In this document: positions 63,565 to 64,000 of the stretch, in pieces | Position numbering within the stretch: position 1 is the stretch's first letter | Layout of the letters: every line of letters begins with the position of its first letter | Assembly: GCA_041748855.1 (NCBI GenBank) | Contig: JBGTCK010000038.1 | Span: forward strand, 78,514-142,513 | Direction of reading: 5' to 3' | Source: Acidimicrobiia bacterium | GTDB lineage: Bacteria; Actinomycetota; Acidimicrobiia; Spongiisociales; ZC4RG35 | DNA: 64,000 nucleotides | Notes under the pieces: model-generated | The model's input: the letters and a program-made list of their open reading frames with translations, nothing else | Told to the model about the DNA's origin: nothing | Databases searched by the model: none | Translations under genes and position numbers: made by a program

Positions 63565-64000
63565 ACCACTCTCCGCAGACCGACTTGCGGGGGAGTGTGA
63601 CTGCCCTTTAGAAGCAGAAGGCCCGGGGCTACATTCATGCGACCTTGATCGGTGTCTCCGCCACGATCATCACCGTCATCGCTCAAATCTGATGGTCATT
63701 GCCAAGGAAGACCGGACCTTCCTGAGAATCAAGCCCAGTAACAACGCCCCGCCTCTTGACCGAAGCCAGTAGGCGGGGTTAATGTTGTTGGCACGTTTGA
63801 TGCTGATGGCAATCATAGATGGTTGCCGGTGAGACGGCATTTTCATTGAAGGAAATGTTATGTCTTACCAAGGCAGAATTGGTTACCCTGGATCCCTGAT
63901 CGATGTATGCGATGGAGATACCGCACTGGCCCTCGTCATCAGCCAGATGGTCCACAAACATCCCGATGAGACCGTCAGGCCAGAGATCTATGAACGGGGC

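Noticed and set aside
1-64000. Searched by eye for CRISPR arrays, rRNA genes, IS elements with terminal inverted repeats, retron/RT genes and known riboswitch cores upstream of the transporter and biosynthetic genes.
   Set aside because: None was recognised. A covariance-model scan (Rfam) and ISfinder/CRISPR tools would be needed to exclude them formally.

Overview
High-GC actinobacterial-type chromosome segment. The gene order rsmI-tatD-rsmA-ispE-tRNA-Gln-glmU-prs, plus whiB, DUF3107 and Ku/LigD, points to Actinomycetota, possibly an Acidimicrobiia-like lineage; the taxon is inference. Positions 0-46.6 kb are mostly core or metabolic genes. They include a polyamine uptake/catabolism cluster (FAD oxidoreductase, class III aminotransferase, potABCD), agmatinase with two MFS transporters, and an aldehyde dehydrogenase/aminotransferase/dapB/ThDP-enzyme block. 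They also include uppP, plsY-galU-moeA-moaC, tRNA-Ala, a small accessory patch (FMN reductase, GNATs, bacterial topoisomerase IB, ferritin-like proteins), the rsmI...prs block with tRNA-Gln, whiB, and a convergent Ku/LigD NHEJ pair. From about 46.7 kb the sequence looks more A/T-rich by eye and accessory. It starts with an atypical tRNA-Arg(CCG)-like gene, then about 3 kb of secreted-protein genes ending in a second copy of a tRNA 3' end. Next comes a roughly 12.2-kb island (49882-62074) bounded by about 43-bp imperfect direct repeats. The island carries a small serine recombinase, an Xis-like HTH, a DUF433/DUF5615 toxin-antitoxin-like pair and a 1639-aa Type ISP restriction-modification enzyme (Mrr nuclease, SF2 helicase, N6-MTase, specificity domain). 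Directly upstream of the Type ISP gene on the same strand is a translationally coupled two-gene module whose larger product looks like a stand-alone Topo VI-A/Spo11-type (5Y-CAP plus Toprim) protein. That module is the best candidate for something undescribed. A second oddity is a 171-bp tandem duplication that includes the 3' end of speB. No rRNA, CRISPR array or IS element was seen. All calls rest on reading the ORF translations and the sequence by eye. Hand-derived coordinates (alternative starts, RNAs, repeats) may be off by 1-3 nt, and no database search was run.
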